Under the pieces are notes generated by a model. The model did no database searches and had not been told where the DNA came from. It saw only the letters and a program-made list of their open reading frames with translations. This document shows positions 51,992 to 64,000 of a DNA stretch of 64,000 nucleotides, piece by piece. Source of the DNA: Rhynchobatus australiae (Eukaryota). Position numbers and translations under genes: made by a program. Numbering within the stretch: the first letter of the stretch is position 1; each line of letters opens with the position of its first letter. The DNA is taken from positions 26,893,926 through 26,957,925 of the forward strand of contig JAUZTB010000118.1 in assembly GCA_034780895.1 (NCBI GenBank), in the 5' to 3' direction.

Positions 51992-54839
51992 CTGAAAGCA
52001 TAAAACAATTGTGAATTATGATAGTCTCTCTGCACACAAAATAATTTTACATTATTCACAAAGAATAAAAATATTTGGAATACATTTGTGTATTGGATTA
52101 GAGTTTGTTAAGAACACATAACGTGAATACTTTGACTACTTTTAAGCCAATCTGACTTGATCATTATAAGGTATACAAATGAAATCATAAACATTTCTGG
52201 ATAAGATTATCATACACTGATTTGATTTTTGTCCCTAATTTTTCTTCATTACTTTTTAAAAGTTTTTGTATCTCATATATTTCCAAAGTTTGTATCAACA
52301 AACCTGATCAGAAACAATTTTATAAGTCTTCGCTTTGTGTTGGAATGTCTTACAAAGTGTCAGAAGAACAGTCAAAGTGCATCATAACTCAGGCTGATAA
52401 AACCTTCTCCCAAAGTCAATGGAGTCAAGTTTGTCTATCTAGTTACACATAGTTATAGTGAAAAGGCCATTGCAATTTTGAATCACTGTAGGATTGGTCT
52501 GGTAAGTTGCAGGCCTCAGTAGTGGGAGGTGGGGGGAGGTATGGAAGTCCAAATGTTGAAAGATATCCCACTGCCAGACTGAGGCTCCTGGGGAACTCCA
52601 TCCACAAACAGCGAAGGGCAGTGTCAAAACAATGATCTGTAGGAGTCCCACAGTGATAGCAGCCCAAATTAGTTTTTTGGGGCTCTATGGTGAATTTGCT
52701 AAGTTCCTCTCAATCCAAGAAAATTAATTCCAAATGTATTTGGCTGGATTCTTTGGCTCCAATACTGTGAGGCTTGTTGGAATGTATGCGGAATACACAG
52801 TAACTAATTCCTATCAAAATTATATTTTGGGTCTCAGGACTTGATTTGTATATTCAAGGAAGTTACTGCCTTAAGCTTGTCTAACTACACATGCTCATAG
52901 TGTAACGACCATTGTAATTTTGAGCCATTGTAGGATTGGTGTAGTCAGCTGCAGGGATGTGGGGTATAGAAATCTGAATGTCAAAGGATATCCCATTGCC
53001 AAATAAATAATTGGATAGTAAATTTCCAAATATGACATAGTTAATATTCAAATTAGCAATATTTCTACAGTTAAAGAGGGTTCAACAAAAACTGAAGGTT
53101 ATTCTATTAGCAGAGAAATTAAAATTCAATTTGTAAATGAAAGTGAGAGGCAACAAATCTCCTATTACTGAAAGAAAATCATATGGAATGACTACAGAGG
53201 GCAAAAAATGAAAAAGGACTTTTTTTTAACAAAGGATAGAGAAAGAAACCATATGAGAGATGAAAGAATAGTCAAACCAGCAGATGTGACCTCACCCTCA
53301 GGTTCTACAAACAAAGACTGTGGTTGTGGAAATGAATGTGGCTGTAATGATGCAATTAGATACAATAAATATTGTCAAAGAAGCAATATAGAACCTATTG
53401 TTAAGGCAGAAAAAAAACAGTAGGTTTTATGGCATGGACCTTCAAAATGCCAAGGGAAATACCTGGGGTTATAACCACAAATCTTTAAACATTTTGAATG
53501 AAGGATGACTAGGTTATATCTTTTTGTAATGCAGCAAAAGGAATAAATGGACAACCATGAATCAATCAGCCTACCATGGGTTGCAAACATAGAAAATAAT
53601 ACTTGCTTGGAATGCAAAAGAAGCGTGACAGACTGAATTAGAAGACCACATGAACGGTTAATGAATGCTTGGGGAATTAAACTTATTTCAGCCAAGGTTA
53701 AGTGGAGAAACTGTTTCTTCTTGAGGTACATTGAAATAATCTGGACTCATACATTTTTTAAATATATTCATTCGAGGGATGTGGGCTTTGCAAGCTGAGC
53801 CAGCATTTAATTGCCCATCCCACGTTGGGGCAGAATATCCCAACATCAAAATTGCAAATGGCATGAACACAGAAATTTTTTGTTATTTTAAAATGGACTG
53901 TACACACTTCATACAGAATTGTGAAAATGGGCAGATTGGCTGATAAAAGGGTTCAAATCCAGAGACTGGCAATAAACAGGTAAGTAGTTGTAAGACAATG
54001 AAANNNNNNNNNNNNNNNNNNNNNNNNNNNNNNNNNNNNNNNNNNNNNNNNNNNNNNNNNNNNGACTGATACAAAGGTGTAGTTGGACTAAAACATTTTT
54101 CTGATGTATTCCCTTGGAATTAATAATGACTTGCTATAATTATTAATTACATATACTGAATTTAGATTATGGGGCAGTTTGGTGCTGGTAGTTCAGGTTG
54201 TCAATATCTGCATTTATTAAAGTGCAAATAATGGTAGTGCATGGAACTTTATGTAAAATGTACAAAATGAAATGAGTGTGATCACAGGTTTTCAGTGCTT
54301 TCAGGGACAGCACATTGGACTAGGTGTTATAAAGCTGAATCTCGACAGAGGATCCTCATGTTAGCACAGTAATGAGCCACCCTCCAAAGCATTAGAAAGA
54401 GTGAGGCATTTATGGATCACACTCACTGAGATATAGTCACCCAAGAGGCAGCAACAGGCAGCTCTGGGCAGTTCAGAATGAAGAAGAAACATATGGGTGA
54501 CCAGTTCCAGAGGTAACAAAGGATAACATTATTTGCAATTGCAGGGAGTCTTTTGCATTTCTAAACAGGTCCTCTGGATGTTTAATGTGAGACAAAAATG
54601 AGGCAGGCAAAGAGAGTAGTTCAAACGAGTGTAGTCACAAGCAACATCAGAGTGAGAGACGACTCACAGGCTGAAAGACAACTGAATTGCAAAATATAAA
54701 ATAAAATTGGTTATAGGCAGGGATTTTATAGCTTTGGGAATAGGCTGCTTTTATTCCATTGTATCTGACAGTCATGATAAGTTACTTCCATGGTGAAGGA
54801 TCTCACAAAAACAGATGAAAATATTTATGGAAAAAGGAG

Positions 54840-55630
54840 ATCAGCCAAAAAAGCACAAATATGTTTGAGGTCCTGCAGAGGGAATCTATGATAGAAGAAG
54901 AAAATAACTTAAATAAAGTATATCATGTGAAAAAAAGTGAAGTCACCTTGTGTTGGTGCAAAATCTAGAGAAGCAGAGTATTTTTTTAAAAGTTGAGAGA
55001 TGTCAGGTATCCTTATACATAAATAAAAGTTAATTTGTAGGGCACAGCAAGGGGGTAGGAGGCAAAAGGTATGTTGGTCTTTACTGCAGGAGGATTTGAG
55101 TGTGGAAGTAGAGATCTTACTCCAGTTCCATAGAGCCCTGATGAGTTTGCATCTGGGACATTGTGTACAGATCTGATCTCCCTATCTACTTATGATGGAG
55201 GGAGTACATTGAAATTTCACCAGATTGATTCCTGGGATAGCAGGTTTGCTGTAGGAGCAGAGATTAAACAGACTAGGCCTATACACTCAGAGTTTAGATG
55301 AACGAGAGGTGATCTCATTGAAACCTGCACAATTCTTATTGGGATGTTTCCCCTGGCGATGGTGTTGAGAACAGGGATAACAGTCTCATGATAAGGGCTA
55401 TAATGAAAAAACTTCTGAATGTTTGGAATACACTACCAAGAAAGGCATGAAGGCTCAGCTGCTGAGTATATTGACAAGAGAGATGAATATAGATCCTGAA
55501 ATAATCAAAAGTATAGAATTACTGCAGGAAAATGGTGCTGAAGTAAAATATCAGCTGTAGTTGTACTGAAGAGCAGAGCAGACAAGAGGGGCTGACTAGG
55601 TTACTCCTGCTTCCATACGTTCTTGATTAT
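54840..55630 (+). mobile_element. Decayed CR1 LINE 3' portion
   Basis: Remnants catctgggacattgtgtacag and gaggtgatctcattgaaacc, plus a CR1-type 3' UTR, homologous to 48180-49715. Confidence 0.75.
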
Positions 55631-55757
55631 ACTCTATCAGGCATCCATTGTTGCTAGCCATTGGACGTTACCAAATGGCAAATTTTCAGGCTAGAGGAAG
55701 TTGTACAATCAAACAAAAAGGGGGAAGACAACAGCTTCCATCACATCCAACTGGGAG

Positions 55758-56113
55758 CAACAAACATTCTGCTGGAGGAACTCAGTGGGTTGAGCAGCAT
55801 CGGTGGGAGGCAAGAAATTGTCAATGTTTCAGGTCGCAACCCTGCATCAGGACTCAGGATGGACAGGCGAGATGGCCCGCTTAGAGAGGAGAAGGGGAGT
55901 GGCAAGAAAGGATTCCGAGGCCTCGGAATACCTTGTAATCCCCTTCTCCTCTCTAACTGGTCATCTCTTCTCTCCACTCTCAGTCCTGACGCAGGGTTTC
56001 GACCCAAAACGTTGACAATTCCTTTCCTCCCACAGATGCTGCTTGACCCACTGAGTTCCTCCAGCAGATTGTTTGTTGCTCTCTATTCCAGCATCTGCAG
56101 TCTCCTGTATCTG
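55758..56113. mobile_element. ~330-bp palindromic (head-to-head) PLE end pair (family B) with two hammerhead-like motifs
   Basis: Arms are inverted about a perfect centre attccgagg|cctcggaat (55912-55929). TSD-like catccaaNNgggag at 55744-55757 and 56114-56127 (12/14 match). Confidence 0.85.
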
Positions 56114-57444
56114 CATCCAAGAGGGAGTTATGAGGGACACTGTAGAAGCCAGTGCGGGTGGTTAATACACGGAGCAGGTGCTGTCTGTCCTCAACAATGT
56201 GCTGCACTCACCATGTGGGCCACGGTACAGCTCTGAGACCCACATCTCAGCACTGAGTGACTGCATGGCTTGCTCCAGCCAACCCAAACAGCCATTACAC
56301 GATGTAGCTCATTCCACAACAAGCCATTGCCATACAGCCTTGAGATCACTTTGATCATTTCTTTCCGTCGGAGCGCCAGTGTGGGACAGAGCACTCAGCC
56401 GGGTTCCCTGCACAGCAAGACAGGGGATTGTGCCAGTCCCTGGGACAGCAGTGCCATCAGTAACTTATCTCTCTATACACAATGTTATAATGACCCATTT
56501 TAGCACTGATTTACAGCTCTCTCTGCTGAGCACAAAGAACCAATGTATACAACTCTGTTTGATGTCCAAATCTAATTCAGTAAAGTCTTGTTAAACTAGA
56601 CTTTGTTTAATTATTTATAAACATTTCTAGAATGACAACACAAGAACTATTTGGTGGTAAAAAAGCTTTAATTAATTTTGAAAGTTTGGCAATAAAATAT
56701 AATATACAAAAGAGATGATGGCCCATGTGCTTCAGTTTCACTGATTTTCCAGGGTAGATTTTTGACTTCATTGTGTAGTTTGTAATTAATGGAGACAATA
56801 ACAGTTGGATTAGCCACTATACAAGATTGCCAACTTGATGGTAAAGTTAAAAACCTTTTGTTACATGAGCTCGGGCATCAATGGGTCTCCATGAAGATTA
56901 TTTTTCACATTACTCATATCGGCAGGCTAGGAATTATTGAAGACAGTAACATTTCAGAAGCTCTATTGAGCTTCATGTAGTGTAGGAGTAATGTGTTTTC
57001 TGAATAATTTACATTATATAACTTGCTGCAGACTGCCAAATGGAATCTGTAACTCAACTGAATTGGTCTATCACTATGGATCTATTTCTTCATTGATTCG
57101 GGAGATTGGAAATATGGATCCCATATCATTCCATGCTAAGCCAATGGCATGAAGATTTGCTGATTGACTTTTTCAATATTTTATACAGAAGGACAAATTT
57201 CAGTTTATGGTTGGTGGCTTTTCAATGAAAAGTGAATTTTTCAGAAAGCACACATAAGCAGAAGTGTGAGGTAGTCCAAACTCTGGTATAAACTACAACA
57301 GTTTTAAGTTAGTGAAATAGAACAAGAATAGAGCATACAAAGCACAGCTGATACTGTTATCTGCTCAGTGGTAATGAATGAAGATAACTTTCTACCTCAC
57401 CATCTCTAACAGGGTAAACAGACCGTCAACCTCATCCTGATCTG

Positions 57445-57446
<2 letters not shown>

Positions 57447-57476
<30 letters not shown>
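57447..57476. repeat. (AT)n microsatellite, ~150 bp downstream of the exon 4 donor
   Basis: atatatat... run directly visible. Confidence 0.95.
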
Positions 57477-57480
<4 letters not shown>

Positions 57481-57625
57481 CACAGTGAAGAACATGATGA
57501 GACATGGACACTAATCAGCTTTTATCTGAACCAGTTTGTAATGGGAAATACTAGCAGAGTTCTGGCCAATTATAAAACATGTAACTAATTCTTTAAGATT
57601 AATCTCAATGAACAATTATACTTAC

Positions 57626-57694
57626 TTCGAGATACTCGCATAAGTTCGCCAATGCTGAAGACTCCTGATTTTATAAAGCTGTCCTCTAGGTATG
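57626..57694 (-). CDS. NFIB: NFIB coding exon (human exon 4 equivalent), 69 nt: (x)YLEDSFIKSGVFSIGELMRVSR
   Basis: Acceptor ctttctcctttag, donor gtaagt. The peptide matches recalled vertebrate NFIB [23 protein letters not shown]. Phase 1-1. Confidence 0.95.
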
Positions 57695-60600
57695 CTAAAG
57701 GAGAAAGAAAAAAACATTAGCTTAGATAAGTTATTATTAACTAATTGAAAAATCATTTCAGCATTTTGAATGGTCTTGAGCATCATATAAACAAACAGAA
57801 GCAGGGAAAAGTCATTTTGTAAATAATCAGCAGATCAGAAGAGCAGTGACCTTATGACCAAATAGATAGGGCACTGAAGGTTTGGACACCCATTGAATGC
57901 TTCAAACCCAAATGTGGATTTGCATTCCATCTTCAACTACCTCTCAAAGGTAGATTTGCAAGTCAGCTAGAGTAGAATAGGGTTTCTGTATCTTTGAAAC
58001 TCAGGTACATACTGTAGCCAGTAAAATTAAGAACGGAATTTAGCTATGTGCTTGTGAAATATAAACAAGTGAGACACTTTGCTGTTCCACACAAGAGTAG
58101 GATAGTTATGAGAGGGCATCTATAAACAAATAGGAAAAGGTAAATGCTTTATTATAGCTAGAAGATGTTATATCCTATTTATTATGGAATTGAAGCTACA
58201 AATCGGACTAGGCAAGGAGTGAAGTTGACACAAAAGGTGATTTATGGAACACTGTTATGCAGTTGGAAGTTCAAATGATATAATTTTTTATTCTAGGAGT
58301 GTTTATATTACATTTAAAGTGAGTGAGTTAGCATTTGTATAATAAAATCTGATCCAGTCAAAGGAAAACACAGAGAAAAGCTGAAATGTTCATTACAAAG
58401 GTCCAACAATTTTTATTTCTTCAACAATAGTTTCTTCATTCATATGAATGGGTGAATGAGTAAATGGTTATGTTTAGGTTTGTACTAGAGCCCATTTAGG
58501 TATCTGTGCCACAATTGTAGTGGCACTAAATATNNNNNNNNNNNNNNNNNNNNNNNNNNNNNNNNNNNNNNNNNNNNNNNNNNNNNNNNNNNNNNNNNNN
58601 NNNNNNNNNNNNNNNNNNNNNNNNNNNNNNNNNNNNNNNNNNNNNNNNNNNNNNNNNNNNNNNNNNNNNNNNNNNNNNNNNNNNNNNNNNNNNNNNNNNN
58701 NNNNNNNNNNNNNNNNNNNNNNNNNNNNNNNNNNNNNNNNNNNNNNNNNNNNNNNNNNNNNNNNNNNNNNNNNNNNNNNNNNNNNNNNNNNNNNNNNNNN
58801 NNNNNNNNNNNNNNNNNNNNNNCCTAGAAGCTTGATGAGCATTTTGGCTTTCTGTTGTCACTGTTGACACTTTTTTGGTTCATCAAATCAAAGCAGTTCA
58901 TCTGGCATTTTGAAAGAATAGTTGGCAAAATTTATTAAAAGAAGATTTCATTTACTCATAAAGTGACATCATAATAGCTGATCCAAAATAATAACTTGGT
59001 CACAATTCTGTTCAGTTTTTGTTCCAGTTGTGTGCACACATGGACAATTTTTTTTCCTGCACCACTGCATTGATTATAATTGAAGAAAGAAATGCAAAAA
59101 AATGCTTTAACTTACAGGTAAAACAAAACTTCTAATTAGCACAGGAAATTGCAGCATAGTATCATTTGCTCCCTTTTGTTGTGGATGAAAAGTCATGATT
59201 TGTATTACGTATTTAACTTTTTTGGTTCAAAATTACTTCTTGTCCTCTTTCACAACTAACCAAAACCACACAATACTATGATCACTATTCCCAAGATGCT
59301 CATCAATTGCCACATTATCCAACTGACCAACTTTGTTCCCCATGTCTAGATACAACATACAGCAATGCCACCCTTCTGCAAAAATCCTCTTGCGCACACT
59401 TCAGAAATTCTTCCTTTTCTCTTCCAATCACTCAGCATTCAATATTAGAGTGGCCAAAGGCTCCCATTATTACTGCCCTAAAATTATTTCACCTCTCAGT
59501 CATTCTCTACAAGTCTCCTCTTTCTGTTCTGGTAGTATTATAACTCTTTTATTGTAAAACATCTCCAACCAAATAAAGTATGCATTTGATCATTCTTGTT
59601 CTAGCACTGTAATATATTCCTTAATCAAAGATGCTACCTCAGTTTATACGTTTGAGCCAATTAAGATTCATAATATTAAACAGGATAACAAAAGGATAAG
59701 CTAGGTGAATAGACTAAAATATTAGTAAATCATGATATTAGTTAAGGTGAACCAACTAGAGGGACTGAAGAGTCTTTCCTGTTCTTATTTTCTATTGACA
59801 CACTCATCACAAGAATTCCTACTTAATTTGGGCCTTACTGTCAACCTCAAAAGTTGGATGATGCTCTGAGCTTCTTGCCTGAGGCAATTTATTCAGCCTT
59901 TTCTGTGCATCTAAATTGCTCTCTTCATTTTCTTCTTCTGCACTGAGGGAAAGGCAGTATCTGCATCCAAACTGAGCTCTGGTGGTAACGATTCTGCAGC
60001 ACAATTGATTTTTGTCACTAGTAAGGTAACAACTTAAAATAACATGCTTTATTCTGCTATGCAGATAGTTCTACACCTGAATTTGAGATTTACTTTTGTT
60101 CATATTCTCCTTTTCTTAAATCTATGTGAGGGTCTCATTAAATTGTTGTTGTTAATACCTAAAGATATTGGCAATCTAAAGATATTGCCTTTACCAATTC
60201 CATGCACAACATAAAGATTTTGACAAGACTGCTACCAATTTCTTTCTGTTGCACATTTGCATATGTACATTTTGTTAGAATGACTGGAGCAAATTTATGT
60301 AAATACTTATACTTCAATTTGCATAACCAGTTCAATGATTAATTAATCAATAATTTTGGACTCTTCAAGAAACTATATCCATTTCCTAAATTTTAAGGAT
60401 TATTCTTTTCATCATGTTGCCTTAAATCAGTGCATTGCACCAGATTTGTTTGTATTTTAGGTGTTAACATGATTATTAACTGTATTATTTTGTTGGATGT
60501 TTATTCATGATATATTCTTATCGCAATTATATTTTTTGTTAATTCTTAGCAATTCATTTGGCTGCATCAAATAGGAACTAGAGTTCAGCTGATGGTACCC

Positions 60601-61474
60601 CTTTTATGCTGGATAATTATAAGAACCATTCAGAGATTTCATGAAGGAGAATCATGATCCAATCTGTAGAATGAACAATTGCATAATATGAGCCACAATG
60701 CTATTGGATTCGATTCCTGGCCTCAGCTAAACAAAAACTGAATTTAGTTGGTATGGTGATGTGGTTGCTGCAATTTGTCTCAGCATTCCTGGGCCAAAGG
60801 AGTTAATAACTCAGTTAAATAATCTAGTTATGGTTCATACTCGTGATTCCCTTGTTGAAAAGTGCATGCATATGGCATTGGGGAAGATAGGATCAGAACT
60901 GACTGTGATGGCTGTTTGCTTGAACAGCCTGTCAACATTCACTCTTGGGTGAATAAACTCTTGGGCAAGGTACTAGAGACCTTTGAACCACAGCTTGGAT
61001 GACCTTAGGAAAATAGACAACAACAGAGAATGGCAATTTAAAAGCCGTATAAATTGAGCCAGAGCTGCATCAATGAAAGCTTCAAAATTACTGGAACTAC
61101 AAACTTTTTCCATGAGGTTGATTCAAACAGAGTCCACGTGATATCATTAAGGTAACAACATTGCTTTCCAGGTGTTCAGTACTCAGGAACATTCATAAAT
61201 GTGTTAAGTAAACATAGACTTTGAGAGCACTACCCAAACCAATCTGTCTATTTAACATGTTAATAATCATCTCCAAACAGTGGTATGTGAGGAAGCATCT
61301 AATAGATGTGTTAGATTCAAAGAATGCTGAATGCTTCGATTTTCACATTCACTAAAGAGCATCTAATTATTAAATGCTCACACTAACTCTAAAATTAAAA
61401 TTATAAAAGTATCCAGTCCTACACCTGAAAACATAACAAAGGGCTTTGGGTGCGCACAGATTTTTTAATGATGC

Positions 61475-61810
61475 TTTGGCTAAATGGTAGCACTTACTTC
61501 CAAGGCAGATGATCATGGGTTCAAGCCTCACAGAAGACACTTGAGCTATGCTGACACTGAGGGGTGCTACACCGTTGGAGATGTGACCTGGATGTGATAT
61601 TAAACTGAAACTCTGACTGTTCTCTGGGTGGACGTAAAAAAATTATACTATTCAAAGAAGAGTAAGAGGATTTCCCTCAGCCAACATTCATCCAAAAATC
61701 TAGGTATCTTAATATTTTTCTCTGCTGTTTTTGAGATTTTGCTACACTCTTTGCCTCTCTCAATACCCTACACTACAACAGCAACTGTTTTTCAAAAGTG
61801 CTTTAACTCC
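61475..61810 (+). mobile_element. Decayed DeuSINE-like element
   Basis: tRNA-like head (tggctaaatggtagcac..gggttcaagcc) and Deu-domain-like ggatgtgatattaaactga..ggtggacgtaaaa..ctattcaaagaagag. Confidence 0.65.
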
Positions 61811-61984
61811 AATGCACTGTCAGTGTATGTAAAAGATCATTCAGAAAAAGCTGACAATTAGAGAAGCCTATTGCAAGGAAGAAAGGCCCTACAACATGTT
61901 GTGGATATGCTGACTTTTTTCGTTATCTTCCCTTCAACTCCCCCACTGAGAAACAAAACACCTGAAAAGTTTTCAATTGATCAG

Positions 61985-63260
61985 AGAGACAGCGGGAATT
62001 TGTGAAGGGTAAATCATGCCAGATAAATCTGATTGATTGATTGAAGGTGTGACTTAAGTAGTGGACATGGGATGTTATTCTCATGGAATTCCAAAAATAT
62101 GAATTAAATAAATCTTATTCAGTTTGATAGGACTTGACAGGGAAGGATTGGAGTTGGGTCTGGAACTTTTCAGAATGTTTATAGATGACTTAAATGATGG
62201 AACAGAAAGTCACATATCCAAGTATGCCTACAACATAAAGATAGATGGCAAAGTAGGAGTGTAGATACAAGCAAAAATTGACAGGCAGCTATCTCTAGGT
62301 TGAAGAGAAGGGCAAAATTGTGGCAAATGGATTTCAGTGTGAGGTCACTTATTCTGAATTGAAAAAAGATAAAATGGAANNNNNNNNNNNNNNNNNNNNN
62401 NNNNNNNNNNNNNNNNNNNNNNNNNNNNNNNNNNNNNNNNNNNNNNNNNNNNNNNNNNNNNNNNNNNNNNNNNNNNNNNNNNNNNNNNNNNNNNNNNNNN
62501 NNNNNNNNNNNNNNNNNNNNNNNNNNNNNNNNNNNNNNNNNNNNNNNNNNNNNNNNNNNNNNNNNNNNNNNNNNNNNNNNNNNNNNNNNNNNNNNNNNNN
62601 NNNNNNNNNNNNNNNNNNNNNNNNNNNNNNNNNNNNGAGATTACTTAAATTAGGGTCATGTTGTCTGGAATTCAGAAGAAATGTTTAAGATGTTAAGGGA
62701 ATCGATGGGTTACAGGGAGAGAAACATCTACTGGTTGGGATGTTAAAGACCTGCAGGCGTCATCTAAAAATTACATCGAGGTCTTTCAAGAGGGAAAGCT
62801 TGGAATCAGTTCTACACATAGTGGGGTGATGGAACCTCTATGGTTCTGTTGCAAATGGAAATTGGTAAATTATTAATTTTGGATCAAGAGGAAATAATGA
62901 ATCTTTAGGAAAGCCGAATGTAATCAAACCTCATCAATGTGGTTTTATGAAAGGTATATTATATTTGACAAATTTACTCAAATTCTTTGAGGATATGACA
63001 ATGAGAGTTGATAGAGAACTGGTAGATTTTGTGTATGTAGATTTACAAAAGGCAGTTGGCAAGGTGCCACATAAGTGGCTGGTGCGTAGAATAAGAGACC
63101 AAGGTACTGGAGGAAGTGTGTTAACATGTATTGAAAGTTGGCTGTCATATAGAAAACAAAGGATTGGAATAAATAGGTTCTTTTCAGGCTGCAGGGACTA
63201 GTGGAGTACCTCAGAGATCAGTTCTTGGCCCATAATTATTTATTGTTTATATTAATGTTT
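61985..63260 (+). mobile_element. Cluster of decayed CR1 RT fragments spanning a gap
   Basis: ORF 62947..63201 has LTNLLKFFE..VDFVYVDLQKAVGKVPH..WLSYRKQRIGI, followed by actagtggagtacctcag. Confidence 0.8.
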
Positions 63261-63800
63261 TGGAGGAGAGAATTTTCTTGTGTTCTTGTGATAGATTTTT
63301 GTTAACTAAAGCTGTTATAGGATGGGGAGAAATGTTGTATGCATGTGTGGAGTAAGAACACAAATCAGCTTTGATCACACTGAATAGTGGAGTAGGCTTG
63401 AAGATATAAATCTGTGGCAGGCAGGGGTCAGATAAACAATCTAAAAGGGTTCTGAGGGCCACTCATGTGAACCTGGAGATCTTGAACTTCTCAAGAGGTC
63501 CTCTCCAATAACTTGATTGCTCTCCAATCCAAGATTCTTCCTTGTGACTTAAGGCAGACAGCAAATGCCAGCATTTATGAGTGGGAATCTGGGTACTGAA
63601 CCTGTGACAGGTTGGACCCAGACAGATTCAGTGATTCCATTCATTTTAATCAAAGGGACGTGATTAAATTTCAGTTCAATACCGTTTTTCCCAACTAAAT
63701 TTGTAAACCCAAATGTATTAATTGCTTTAAGCATTGTGATTATTTTTATCTTTTAAACAATCTTTAAAATATTCATTTTTTTTAAAGAAGTGTTAACACT

Positions 63801-63961
63801 AAGACACAAGAGATTCTGCAGGTGCTGGAATCTGGACTAACACACACAAAATGCTGGAGGAACTCAGCAGGTCAGCCTGATGAAGGGTCTCAACCCGAAA
63901 GATTGACTGTTTATTTCCCTCCATAGATGCTGCCTGACCTGCTGAGTTCCTCCAGCATTTT
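63801..63961 (+). mobile_element. Fold-back PLE end (family A) with hammerhead motif and 11-bp TSD
   Basis: Perfect 32-bp inverted repeat at 63844-63875 / 63934-63965. CTGATGA-A-GGGT(CTCA)ACCC-GAAA-GA-TT-GACTG at 63877-63909. TSD gtgttaacact at 63790-63800 and 63962-63972. Confidence 0.85.
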
Positions 63962-64000
63962 GTGTTAACACTGAGATTATTTTTTTCTTAATTTTGAATG

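Noticed and set aside
55661-56236. 191-aa ORF
   Set aside because: Read-through of the palindromic non-coding PLE ends; the same pseudo-peptides recur at other repeat copies.
59839-59942. Possible cryptic minus-strand exon (ttccctcag...gtaagg) upstream of exon 4
   Set aside because: No NFI similarity and an early stop in the required phase; no support without RNA data.

Overview
Gapped (many N-runs) vertebrate genomic DNA. The repeat complement points to a cartilaginous fish, probably a ray (inference). The window is the interior of one large minus-strand gene, Nuclear Factor I/B (NFIB). Seven coding exons, equivalent to human exons 4-10, have canonical GT-AG sites and join in frame without stops. 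The DNA-binding-domain exons and the terminal SWYLG exon were not found and probably lie outside the window. The introns contain CR1 and Rex1/Babar LINE fragments, V-SINEs, DeuSINEs, two decayed Harbinger-like DNA transposons, minisatellites and candidate conserved non-coding elements. The most notable signal is a set of about 9 short Penelope-like element (PLE) ends carrying minimal type-I hammerhead ribozyme motifs. One has an intact core in NFIB sense orientation. One subfamily has a non-canonical CUGAUGCA core. Several copies form fold-back palindromes with 10-14 bp target-site duplications (TSDs), and truncation or inversion points cluster at the ribozyme. PLE hammerheads are a known class; whether this variant is new cannot be determined from the sequence alone. 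Almost all ORF-track entries are spurious or TE-derived.
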